From Anaeramoeba ignava BMAN (lineage: Eukaryota > Protista > Anaeramoebae): a DNA stretch of 64,000 nt. The notes beneath the pieces were generated by a model. It was not told the origin of the DNA, did not search any database, and saw only the letters and a program-made list of their open reading frames with translations. Both the position numbers and the translations under genes were made by a program. The stretch spans positions 16,475 to 80,474 of the forward strand of contig JAPDFW010000014.1 in NCBI GenBank assembly GCA_028826165.1, written 5' to 3'. Positions 26,334 to 37,659 of the stretch are shown one piece after another; the first letter of the stretch is position 1; every line of letters starts with the position of its first letter.

Positions 26334-27907
26334 ATGGATAACAATAATAATAACCAAATTGAAAATCAAAATCAAAATCAAAATGAAAATGAAAATGAAA
26401 TGAAAAATTTAGAAAAAAAAGTAACAAAAAATTTAATTAAAGATTATTCAAACCTTTTAAATGGAAATTTATTTAAAGATTTTTCAATTTTTGTTGAGAA
26501 TAAATCAAATCCTTTTGAAATTAAAGTTCATAAATCAATTTTATCTTCAAGATCTCCTTTTTTTAATAAGTTTTTAAGAGGACAAAACGATATTAATAAG
26601 ATTTTTTAAGACAATTTAATAAAAAAGAAATGGAATCAATTTTGAGTTATATTTATTATGGAAATATTTCTTTTGAGAATCAAGAAAATCTTCTCCAATT
26701 ATTGGAAATTTCAATTTATTTTAAATTAAATTTATTGAAAGAAATTATTCAAAAAAAAATTTTAAATTCAATTAATTATTCAAATTTTTTCCAATTTTTA
26801 TTCCAAAATCGAAATTTAAATTCAAATGAAATTGAAATAAAATGTTTTGAATTAATAAATCAAAATTTTTCCCAAATTCAGAATAATGAGAATTTATTCA
26901 ATTTAACTAAAGAAGAAATTATCAAATTTATTCAATTTAAACAAGAAAAAAAAGAAATTTTTCAATTTGATTTTTTTCAATTTTTAAGTAATTGGATTCA
27001 AAAAAGAAATAAGAGATTAAAAGGAAAAAGATTTAAGCACAAAATTAATGAAAAGAAAAGATTATTTCATTCTTTTTATTCATTATTTGATAAAGATTCA
27101 ATTTCAAAACAAGATTTTGATAAATTAAAACAATTTGAAATTTTTCTTCCAAATTCTTTTTTAATTGAAAATCAAAAAAAAGTTATTCAAGATAAAGAGA
27201 AAGAAAATCAACAAATGAAAAAAGAAATTGAAGCGAAAGAGAAAGAAATTGAAGATAAATGGAAGAAAGAAATCAAAGTGAAAGAAAAAGAAATTGAAGA
27301 GAAATGGAAGAAAGAAATTGAGAAAATGAAGCCAAAAATAGAAATGGAATTTGGAAATATTTTTTCAGATTCAGAAATTATTAAAGATATTGAATATATT
27401 CAAAAATTAAAAGAATGGATAAATGATAATGATTTATTTTCCAAAATGAAATTAGGATTTTCAGCAAAAAATGATGGATTTAATTCTCAAAATTGGCATA
27501 AAGCAGTTGATAATAAAGGAGAAACATTAATTATTATCAAAACCAAAGAAAATTTTATTTTTGGAGGATTTACTCAAGTTGGATTTAATGGAAATTCAGG
27601 AAAAATTTATGATTCAAATGCATTTATTTTTTCATTAAGAAATGATAAAGGAGATAGAAAACCTGAAAAATTTACTTATAAACAAGGAAAAGATGGATAT
27701 GCAATTTATTCTCATTTAAGTAGAGGTCCAAAGTTTGGTGCAAATGATTTTTGGTTGAATTCTGAGTTACAACCTGGTTATTCAAATATTGGTCATAGTT
27801 ATAATCCACCTAATGGAATTACTTATAATACATATCAAGCTCAAAGTTATTTAGCTGGTTCTTATAATTCATGGGTTGTTGATGAACTTGAGACTTATTT
27901 CATTTAA
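26334..27907 (+). CDS. BTB/POZ - helical/coiled-coil - TLDc domain protein (copy A, frameshift near 26605)
   Basis: DFSIFV..IKVHKSILSSRSPFF..ILSYIYYG (BTB); FSAKNDGFNSQNWHKAVDNKGETLIIIKTKENFIFGGFT..AFIFSL..GPKFG..VDELETY (TLDc). Adding one T to the run at 26602-26607 joins ORFs 26334 and 26630. Confidence 0.9.
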
Positions 27908-28329
27908 TTTTAAATTTTTCTTTTTTTTTTCAAAATCCAATTCAATTTTAATTTAATTTTAATCAAATTAATTTCTTTAAATTAATAAATAAGAAAACAA
28001 ATCTAAATTTAAAAAAATAAAAATCGAAAATAGAAATTAATAATAATTAAATTTAAATTCATTAATTAAAATATTAAAATAAAAAAAATTAATTAAAATT
28101 TATTATTAAAAGTTATTTAAAATTCAATTTATATTTTTATTAAAATATTTATTCCACTTTTTTTTCAAATATTTTATTATAATTAAAATTGAAATAATAA
28201 ATAATCTAAAATATTAATTTAATCAATAAAAATATTATTTCAATTTAAAATAAAATAAATTTAAATTAAATTCTTTTTAACTATTATTAAAATTCAATTT
28301 TTCTATTTATTAAAATATTTCAATTTTTT

Positions 28330-28745
28330 TTCAATTTTATTTAATTATTGAGAATAAATTTATATTATTTTAAATAAAGAAATATTGATAAAATATATAA
28401 AATAAAATTAATTTTAAATTGAATTATTTAATATTCTTTATTCCATTTTTGAAATAAATTAATTAAAATATTTTATTAAATTTATTAAATTATTGGGAAT
28501 AAATTTATATCATTTTAAATAAAGAAATATTGATAAAATATATAAAATAAAATTAATTTTAAAAAATTTGGATTATTCCATTTTAATAAATTTATTTTAT
28601 TTTTTAAATAAATTAATTAAAATATTTTATTAATTTTATTTAATTATTGGGAATAAGTTTATATTAATCTAAATAAAGAAATATTGATGAAATATATAAA
28701 ATAGAATTAATTTCAAATTGGATTATTTAATATTCTTGATTTTAT
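28330..28745. repeat. Degenerate tandem repeat of about 150 bp, about 3 copies, upstream of BTB-TLDc copy B
   Basis: TAAATAAAGAAATATTGAT(A/G)AAATATATAAAATA recurs at about 28371, 28516 and 28670. Confidence 0.75.
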
Positions 28746-28789
28746 TTTTTAATTTTTTTCATTTTTCATTTTTCATTTTTTTATTTAAA

Positions 28790-30279
28790 ATGGAAACTTA
28801 TTTAAATTTAGAAAAACTTTCAAATGATTTAAAAAATTTATTTCAAAATCAAAATGAAAATCAAAATCAAAATGAAAACCAAAATGAAAGTTATTTTGAT
28901 TTTGAAATAATTTGTGAACAAAAAGAAATTTCATTTAAAACTCATAAATCAATTCTTTCTTCAAGAAGTGAATATTTTAAATCCCTTTTTAAATCTAAAA
29001 TGAAAGAATATCAAGAAAATAAATTAATTCTAAAAGATGTTTCAAGTTCAATTCTATTTTCAATTTTGAATTATTTTTATTCAGGAAAAATTGAAATTAA
29101 TTCAGAAAATGCAATTCAAATTTTAATTTTTTCATCAAAATATTTAATTGATGAATTAATTGAAATTGTTCAAAATTTATCAAAAAGAATTTACAATTTG
29201 AAACTATTGTTGATGTTCTTAAATTATCTGAATCAATGAACATAAATCAATTAATAGATTCTTCTTATCAATTTATTTTTGAAAATTTTGAAAAATTTAT
29301 TAAAACTCCATTTTTTCTTGAACTTGAAGAAAATCATTTAAATTCAATTTTATTAAATGATAATATTCCAATAAAAGAATTTGGACTATTTCAATCAATA
29401 ATAAAATGGGGAAAACATAAATCAAATATTAATCAAGAAATGAATAAAAAAGAAAAAAAGAAATTACAAAATCAAATTTCCAATATTATTGATAAAATTA
29501 GATTTATTGATTTCTCAAAACAAGAACTTGAAGAAACTTTGAAACAAGATTTAATTCCAAATCAAATTTCAGAAAAATTAATTGATTTCCAAATATTACA
29601 AAACAGAAATCAAAAAATCAAAAAGAATTGGAAAAAATTAACACAATTTATTGAAAAAGAAAACTTATTAATTTTCAAAAGAAGAATAAAATTGAGATCA
29701 ACAATTATTGAAGAAAAAGAACATTTTGATAAATTAAAAGAATGGATAAATGATAACGAATTCTTTTCCAAAATGAAATTAGGATATTCAGCAAAAAGAT
29801 ATGGATTTAATTGTAAAAACTGGCATTCAGTAATTGATAATAAAGGAAAAACATTAATTATTATCAAAACCACAAACAATTATATTTTTGGAGGATTTAC
29901 TTCAGTTGGATTTTTAAGTGATGAAACAAAATGGAGTATTAAACGTTCTCCAATAAAAGGATGTATTAAAGATGAAGACGCATTTCTATTCAGTATCAAA
30001 AATCCAAGAAATGATCCTCCTCAAAAATTTCCAATTAGAAAAGAAGAATCAGATAATGCAATTATGTATAATTTAGAAAATGGTCCAATTTTTGGATATT
30101 CTTCAGATTATCTTCAGAATGATATTTGCTTATATGGAAATCTTCAAGGTTACACAAATTTTGGTTGTAGATACACTCTTCCTAATGGATTAACTTTCAA
30201 TACAAACAAAGCTAAAAATTATTTAACAGGTTCTTTTAAAAAATGGAGAGTGAATGAACTTGAATGTTTTTTTATTTAA
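28790..30279 (+). CDS. BTB-BACK-TLDc protein (copy B, frameshift near 29167)
   Basis: FKTHKSILSSRSEYFKSLF, FLELEENHLNSIL..LFQSIIKWG..IRF and TLDc motifs. Comparison with copy C shows one T missing (EICSKF becomes EIVQNL). Confidence 0.9.
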
Positions 30280-30312
30280 AAACGAATTTTTTGATTTGGT
30301 TAAAAAAGAAAA

Positions 30313-31822
30313 TTATTTTTGAATATGAATTATTGCTTTAAGTTTAATTTCTTTCTTGTTTTCTCCTTCTTCTAATTCAATATTAAATTCCAATCTTAAA
30401 TTTAAGAATTTTTCTTTGATTTCTTCTTGAAGAGTAATAAATTCTTTAATATAAACTTTATTGTTATAAATTGCAATATTTGATGATTTCAAATCTTCGA
30501 TTATTGTTTGTTTAGATGGACTTCCACTTTGGAAAAAAGATTCTTGAAATTTTTGAACAATAAAATTAGTTGGAGAATTTTGATTTTCTAATAATGAAGA
30601 TTCAAGAGAGAATTTTAAACTGTTGATTTGAATTGAAGTTGAAGATAAATTTGTGAAAACAATAAAAACTTCAGTTTTTTCTTTTGTTTTGAAAATGGGA
30701 TAATTTAATAAAGTAATTTTAGGTAATTCTAATAATCCAAAATTTTGGATTTTAAATCGAACATTTTGTTGAAGATCAGGTTTAATAAGAGGATGTCCAC
30801 AAGATAGACAAAGTCTTCCTTTCTTTGATTTGAGTTTAATTCTTTTTGGAAATAAATCCCTTAATTTTTTAAAATAAATTTTCAGATAAATTTTTGAATA
30901 AAATAAAATAAATTTTTTAAATTGAATCAAATTTACTTCTCATTTTTTGGTTGATTTGGAATTTCTTGTAATTTTCGTTCTAAATTAATTGCTATAAATT
31001 AAAAATTAAAATTAAAATTCATTATAAAAATTAAAATTGAAATTCAAATTTACATTCATTTAAATCAATATTTCCAAATAATTCCTTTTTTTCAATTTCA
31101 TCATCAATAATTGAATCTTTATCAACATTTTTACTTCTAATAATAACTTCTTTTTCTCTTTTTTCCAATTCATTTTCCAATTCAGAAACAGTAACTCTTT
31201 CTTTAGGATTATTTGACAAAACAGAAGAAAATTGAGTTGATAAAGATTGATTTGAAATGGGATGATATAAATAGTTTGATTTATAAGGAGAAGAAACCAT
31301 TTTTAAAGGTGAATTTAAAGGTGAATTTCTTGGAGATGAATATTTAAATAGATTTTTTGTTGGATTAATTTTCTTGTTATAATAATTAATCAACTGTTTC
31401 AGTTGCTTTTGATTTTCAACTGTAATTTTTTGCTCCTTTTCATTCTGAATAATTATATTGATTAATGACTTAATATTTTCAGTTTCAATTCCAATTTCTT
31501 TAGTTGTCCAATTGCAATAATTGCATTTTAAAGAATAACTTGATATAGTTTCATTTTGGTTTTCAACCATTGGCGAAAGTTGGCTAGAACATCTTGGACA
31601 TTCAAAATGCTTTTGTGATTTTCCTTGTATTTGATTTATTTCTGATAATCCAAATGTGTCAAAACTAACTGGACAATAATATTGAATTATTTCTTCAAAT
31701 GTGCAATTATTACAATAGAATTTCCCACATGATTTGCAATAATAAGTATCTTCTGCCCCTACTTTCTCTCCACAATTACATTCATAGAGTATATTTACTT
31801 TATTTGCTTCAGGATTTAACAT
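30313..31822 (-). CDS. DCTN4: Dynactin subunit 4 (p62), 3 exons
   Basis: Cys pattern YECNC..YYCKSCGKFYCNNC..EEI..YYCP..FECPRC..LKCNYCNWTTKEIGI and LFPKRIKLKSKKGRLCLSCGHPLIKP..RFKI. A short middle exon lies at about 30937-30992. Confidence 0.9.
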
Positions 31823-31884
31823 TTTTATTTTATTATTTTTTTTTGAAAAGAAAAAAATGAATTTTAAAAAAATTGAAAAAAATA

Positions 31885-33530
31885 TTTTTAATAATTTTAA
31901 TTTAATTAATTTCAATATTTTTTAAATTTATTTTGAAAATGAACGAAATATTTAAATTATTTAATTTAATATTGATTTGGAAATTTATATTTCTTTATAA
32001 ATTAATTTTTAATTTTTTAATAATATTTTTAATTAATTTTTTAATAATTTTAATTTAATTAATTTCAATATTTTTTAAATTTATTTTGAAAATAAACAAA
32101 TTATTTAAATTATTTAAATTAATATTGATTTGGAAATTAATATTTCTTTATAAATTAATTTTAATTTTTTAATAATTTTTTTAATTAATTTTTTAATAAT
32201 TTTAATTTAATTAATTTCAATATTTTTTAAATTTATTTTGAAAATAAACAAATTATTTAAATTATTCAAATTATTATTGATTTCAAAATTAATATTTCTT
32301 TATAAATTAATTTTAATTTTTAATAATATTTTTAATTAATTTTTAATAATTTTAATTTAAATAATTTCAATATTTTTAAATTTAATTTTAAAATAAACAA
32401 AATATTTAAATTATTTAATTTATTATTGATTTCAAAATTAATATTTCTTTATAAATTAATTTTAATTTTTAATAATATTTTTAATTAATTTTTAATAATT
32501 TTAATTTAATTAATTTCAATATTTTTAAATTTATTTTGAAAATGAACGAAATATTTAAATTATTTAATTTAATATTGATTTGGAAATTTATATTTCTTTA
32601 TAAATTAATTTTTAATTTTTAATAATATTTTTAATTAATTTTTAATAATTTTAATTTAATTAATTTCCAATATTTTTTAAATTTAATTTGAAAATGAACA
32701 AAAATATTTAAATTATTTAAATTAATATTGATTTGGAAATTAATATTTCTTTATAAAGTGTTTTTGATTTTTTTAATAATTTTTTTAATTAATTTTTAAT
32801 AATTTTAATTTAATTAATTTCAATATTTTTAAATTTAATTTGAAAATAAACAAATTATTTAAATTGTTTAATTTATTATTGATTTGGAAATTTATATTTC
32901 TTTATAAATTAATTTCAATTTTTAATTATATTTTTAATTAATTTTTAAATAATTTTAATTTAATTAATTTCAATATTTTTAAATTTAATTTGAAAATAAA
33001 CAAATTATTTAAATTATTTAATTTATTATTTATTCCAAAATTAATATTTCTTTTATAAATTGTTTTTAATTTTTAATAATATTTTTAATTAATTTTTAAA
33101 TAATTTTAATTTAATTAATTTCAATATTTTTAAATTTAATTTGAAAATAAACAAAATATTTAAATTGTTTAATTTATTATTGATTTTGAAATTAATATTT
33201 CTTTTATAAATTAATTTCAATTTTTAATTATATTTTTAATTAATTTTTTAATAATTTTAATTTAATTAATTTCAATATTTTTTAAATTTAATTTGAAAAT
33301 AAACAAATTATTTAAATTATCTAATTTATTATTGATTTGGAAATTTATATTTCTTTATAAATTAATTTCAATTTTTTAATAATATTTTTAATTAATTTTA
33401 TTAATAATTTTAATTTAATTAATTTCAATATTTTTTAAATTTAATTTGAAAATAAACAAATTATTTAAATTGTTTAAATTAATATTGATTTCAAAATCAA
33501 TATTTCTTTATAAATTATTTTTAATTTTTT
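31885..33530. repeat. About 151-bp satellite, about 11 copies, upstream of DCTN4
   Basis: ATAATTTTAATTTAATTAATTTCAATATTTT recurs at about 31891, 32044, 32196 and onward. Confidence 0.9.
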
Positions 33531-33531
33531 T

Positions 33532-35073
33532 TTAAATGAAATAAGTTTCAAGTTCATCAACAATCCATGAAGAATAAGAACCAGCTAAATAACTATTTGC
33601 TTCATTTGTGTTAAAATCAATTCCATTAGGCATATTGTAACTAAAACCAAAATTTGAAGCACCAGTTTTTAAATTTTTATTTAGAAAAAAATCGCACCAA
33701 TATCCAAAAGCAGGACCATTCTCTAAATAATTATAAAAAAGTGCAGTTTTTTCTTTTCCTTTTTTAATTGTAAATTTTTCAGGATTTCTATCATTTTTAT
33801 CATTTCTTAATGAAAAAATAAATGCATCTTTATCTAAAATATATATTCGTTCATCATAATAATCTTCATAATCTTCATCTTCATAATCTTCATAATCTTC
33901 ATCTTCATCATAAATAAATTCATTCAATTTTACTTCATTCCATTTTGATTGATCATTTGTAAATCCAACTGAAGTAAATCCTCCAAAAATATAATTATTT
34001 GTGGTTTTGATAATAATTAATGTTTTTCCTTTATTATCAACTTTATCATGCCAATTTTTACAATTAAATCCATCTCTTTTTGCTGTATATCCTAATTTCA
34101 TTTTGGAAAAGAATTCGTTATCATTTATCCATTCTTTTAATTTATCAAAATGTTCTTTTTCTTCAATAATTGTTGAAGAATTCAATTCAAATCTTGTTTT
34201 GAAAATTGATAAGTTTTCTTTTTCAATAAATTCTTTTAATTCTCTTTTATCTTTTTCGTTTTGAAGTTTTTGGAATTGGATTAATTTTTCTGAAATTTGA
34301 TTTGGAATTAAATCTTGTTTCAAAGTTTCTTCAAGTTCTTGTTTTGAGAAATCAATAAATCTGATTTTATCAATAATATTGGAAATTTGATTTTGTAATT
34401 TCTTTTTTTCTTTTTTATTCATTTCTTGATTGATATTTGATTTATGTTTTCCCCAGTTTATTATTGATTGAAATATTTCAAATTCATTTATTGGAAATTC
34501 ATAATTTAATAAAATTGAATTTAAATGATTTTCTTCAAGTTCAAGAAAAAATGGAGTTTTAATAAATTTTTCAAAATTTTCAAAAATAAATTGATAAGAA
34601 GAATCTATTAATTGATTTATGTTCATTGATTCAGATAATTTAAGAATATCAACAATAGTTTCAATTTGTAAATTCTTTTTGATAAATTTTGAACAAATTT
34701 CAATTAATTCATCAATTAAATATTTTGATGAAAAAATTAAAATTTCAACTGCATTTTCTGAATTAATTTCAATTTTTCCTGAATAAAAATAATTCAAAAT
34801 TGAAGATAGAATTGAACTTGAAACATCTTTTAGAATTAATTTATTTTCTTGATATTCTTTCATTTTAGATTTAAAAAGAGATTTAAAATATTGACTTCTT
34901 GAAGAAAGAATTGATTTATGAGTTTTAAATGAAATTTGATTTTGTTCACAAATTATTTCAAAATCAAAATAACTTTCATTTTGGTTTTCATTTTGATTTT
35001 GATTTTGATTTTGATTTTGAAATAAATTTTTTAAATCATTTGAAAGTTTTTCTAAATTTGAATAAGTTTCCAT
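33532..35073 (-). CDS. BTB-BACK-TLDc protein (copy C, intact, 513 aa)
   Basis: Single ORF, nearly identical to copy B through BTB-BACK and the start of TLDc, with an acidic YED-repeat insertion inside TLDc. Confidence 0.93.
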   Translation of the reverse strand: METYSNLEKLSNDLKNLFQNQNQNQNQNENQNESYFDFEIICEQNQISFKTHKSILSSRSQYFKSLFKSKMKEYQENKLILKDVSSSILSSILNYFYSGKIEINSENAVEILIFSSKYLIDELIEICSKFIKKNLQIETIVDILKLSESMNINQLIDSSYQFIFENFEKFIKTPFFLELEENHLNSILLNYEFPINEFEIFQSIINWGKHKSNINQEMNKKEKKKLQNQISNIIDKIRFIDFSKQELEETLKQDLIPNQISEKLIQFQKLQNEKDKRELKEFIEKENLSIFKTRFELNSSTIIEEKEHFDKLKEWINDNEFFSKMKLGYTAKRDGFNCKNWHDKVDNKGKTLIIIKTTNNYIFGGFTSVGFTNDQSKWNEVKLNEFIYDEDEDYEDYEDEDYEDYYDERIYILDKDAFIFSLRNDKNDRNPEKFTIKKGKEKTALFYNYLENGPAFGYWCDFFLNKNLKTGASNFGFSYNMPNGIDFNTNEANSYLAGSYSSWIVDELETYFI

Positions 35074-35149
35074 TTTAAATAAAAAAAATGAAAAAAATGA
35101 AAAAAATTTTTGATTTTGATTTTTATTTTGATTTATTTTGATTTTGATT

Positions 35150-37585
35150 TTGATTTTATTCCATTTTTTATTAATAAATTATTAATTAATTTTATTCCAT
35201 TTTTTTATTAATAAATTATTAATTGATTTTATTCCACTTTTTATAAATAAATTATTAATTAATTTTATTCATTTTTTATTAATAAATTATTAATTAATTT
35301 TATTCCATTTTTTATTAATAAATTATTAATTAATTTTATTCTATTTTTATTAATAAATTATTAATTAATTTTATTCATTTTTTTATTAATAAATTATTAA
35401 TTAATTTTATTCCATTTTTATTAATAAATTATTAATTAATTTTATTTCATTTTTATTAATAAATTATTAATTAATTTTATTCCACTTTTTATAAATAAAT
35501 TATTAATTAATTTTATTCTATTTTTATTAATAAATTATTAATTAATTTTATTCCATTTTATTAATAAATTATTAATTAATTTTATTCTATTTTTATTAAT
35601 AAATTATTAATTAATTTTATTCCATTTTTATTAATAAATTATTAATTAATTTTATTCCATTTTTATTAATAAATTATTAATTAATTTTTATTCCATTTTT
35701 ATTAATAAAATTATTAATTAATTTTATTCCATTTTTATTAATAAATTATTAATTAATTTTATTCCATTTTTATTAATAAATTATTAATTAATTTTATTCC
35801 ATTTTTATTAATAAATTATTAATTAATTTTATTCCACTTTTTATTAATAAATTATTAATTAATTTTATTCCATTTTTTATTAATAAATTATTAATTAATT
35901 TTATTCCACTTTTTATTAATAAATTATTAATTAATTTTATTCCATTTTTATTAATAAATTATTAATTAATTTTATTCCATTTTTATTAATAAATTATAAA
36001 TTAATTTTATTCCATTTTTATTAATATATTATTAATTAATTTTATTCCACTTTTTATTAATAAATTATTAATTAATTTTATTCCATTTTTATTAATAAAT
36101 TATTAATTAATTTTATTCCACTTTTTATAAATAAATTATTAATTAATTTTATTTCATTTTTATTAATAAATTATAAATTAATTTTATTTCATTTTTATTA
36201 ATAAATTATAAATTAATTTTATTCCATTTTTATTAATAAATTATTAATTAATTTTATTCCATTTTTATTAATAAATTATTAATTAATTTTATTCCATTTT
36301 TATTAATAAATTATTAATTAATTTTATTCCACTTTTTATTAATAAATTATTAATTAATTTTATTCCATTTTTATAAATAAATTATTAATTAATTTTATTC
36401 CACTTTTTATTAATAAATTATTAATTAATTTTATTCCATTTTTATTAATAAATTATTAATTAATTTTATTCTATTTTTATAAATAAATTATTAATTAATT
36501 TTATTCCATTTTTATTAATAAATTATTAATTAATTTTATTCTATTTTTATTAATAAATTATTAATTAATTTTATTTCATTTTTATTAATAAATTATTAAT
36601 TAATTTTTATTCTATTTTTATAAATAAATTATTAATTAATTTTATTCTATTTTTATAAATAAATTATTAATTAATTTTATTCTATTTTTATTAATAAATT
36701 ATAAATAAATTTTATTCCACTTTTTATTAATAAATTATTAATTAATTTTATTCCATTTTTATAAATAAATTATTAATTAATTTTATTCCACTTTTTATTA
36801 ATAAATTATTAATTAATTTTATTCCATTTTTATTAATATATTATTAATTAATTTTATTCCATTTTTATTAATAAATTATTAATTAATTTTATTCCACTTT
36901 TTATTAATAAATTATTAATTAATTTTTATTCCATTTTTATTAATAAATTATTAATTAATTTTATTCCACTTTTTATTAATAAATTATTAATTAATTTTAT
37001 TCCATTTTTTATAAATAAATTATTAATTAATTTTATTCCATTTTATATTAATAAATTATTAATTAATTTTATTCCATTTTTATAAATAAATTATTAATTA
37101 ATTTTATTCCATTTTTATTAATAAATTATTAATTAATTTTTATTTCATTTTTATTAATATATTATTAATTAATTTTATTCCACTTTTTATTAATAAATTA
37201 TTAATTAATTTTATTCCATTTTTATTAATAAATTATTAATTAATTTTATTCCATTTTTATTAATATATTATTAATTAATTTTATTCCACTTTTTATTAAT
37301 AAATTATAAATAAATTTTATTCCATTTTTATTAATAAATTATTAATTAATTTTATTCCATTTTTATAAATAAATTATTAATTAATTTTATTCCACTTTTT
37401 ATTAATAAATTATTAATTAATTTTATTCCACTTTTTATTAATAAATTATTAATTAATTTTATTCCATTTTTTATTAATAAATTATTAATTAATTTTATTC
37501 CATTTTTTATTAATAAATTATTAATTAATTTTATTCCACTTTTTTATTAATAAATTATTAATTAATTTTATTCCATTTTTTATTA
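35150..37585. repeat. 35-36-bp minisatellite TTTTATTCCA(C)TTTTTATTAATAAATTATTAATTAA, roughly 65-70 copies
   Basis: Period measured directly (ATTCC at 35726 and 35761). It fills the region between divergent BTB-TLDc copy C and kinase K1. Confidence 0.95.
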
Positions 37586-37659
37586 AAAGAAGAAAAAAAA
37601 TTTTTTTTAATTTTTTCATTTTTTCATTTTTTTTAAATCCATTTTAATACAAAAAAAAA

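Noticed and set aside
35150-37585. 35-bp repeat array as a CRISPR locus
   Set aside because: Units are head-to-tail with no unique spacers, there are no cas genes, and the context is eukaryotic.
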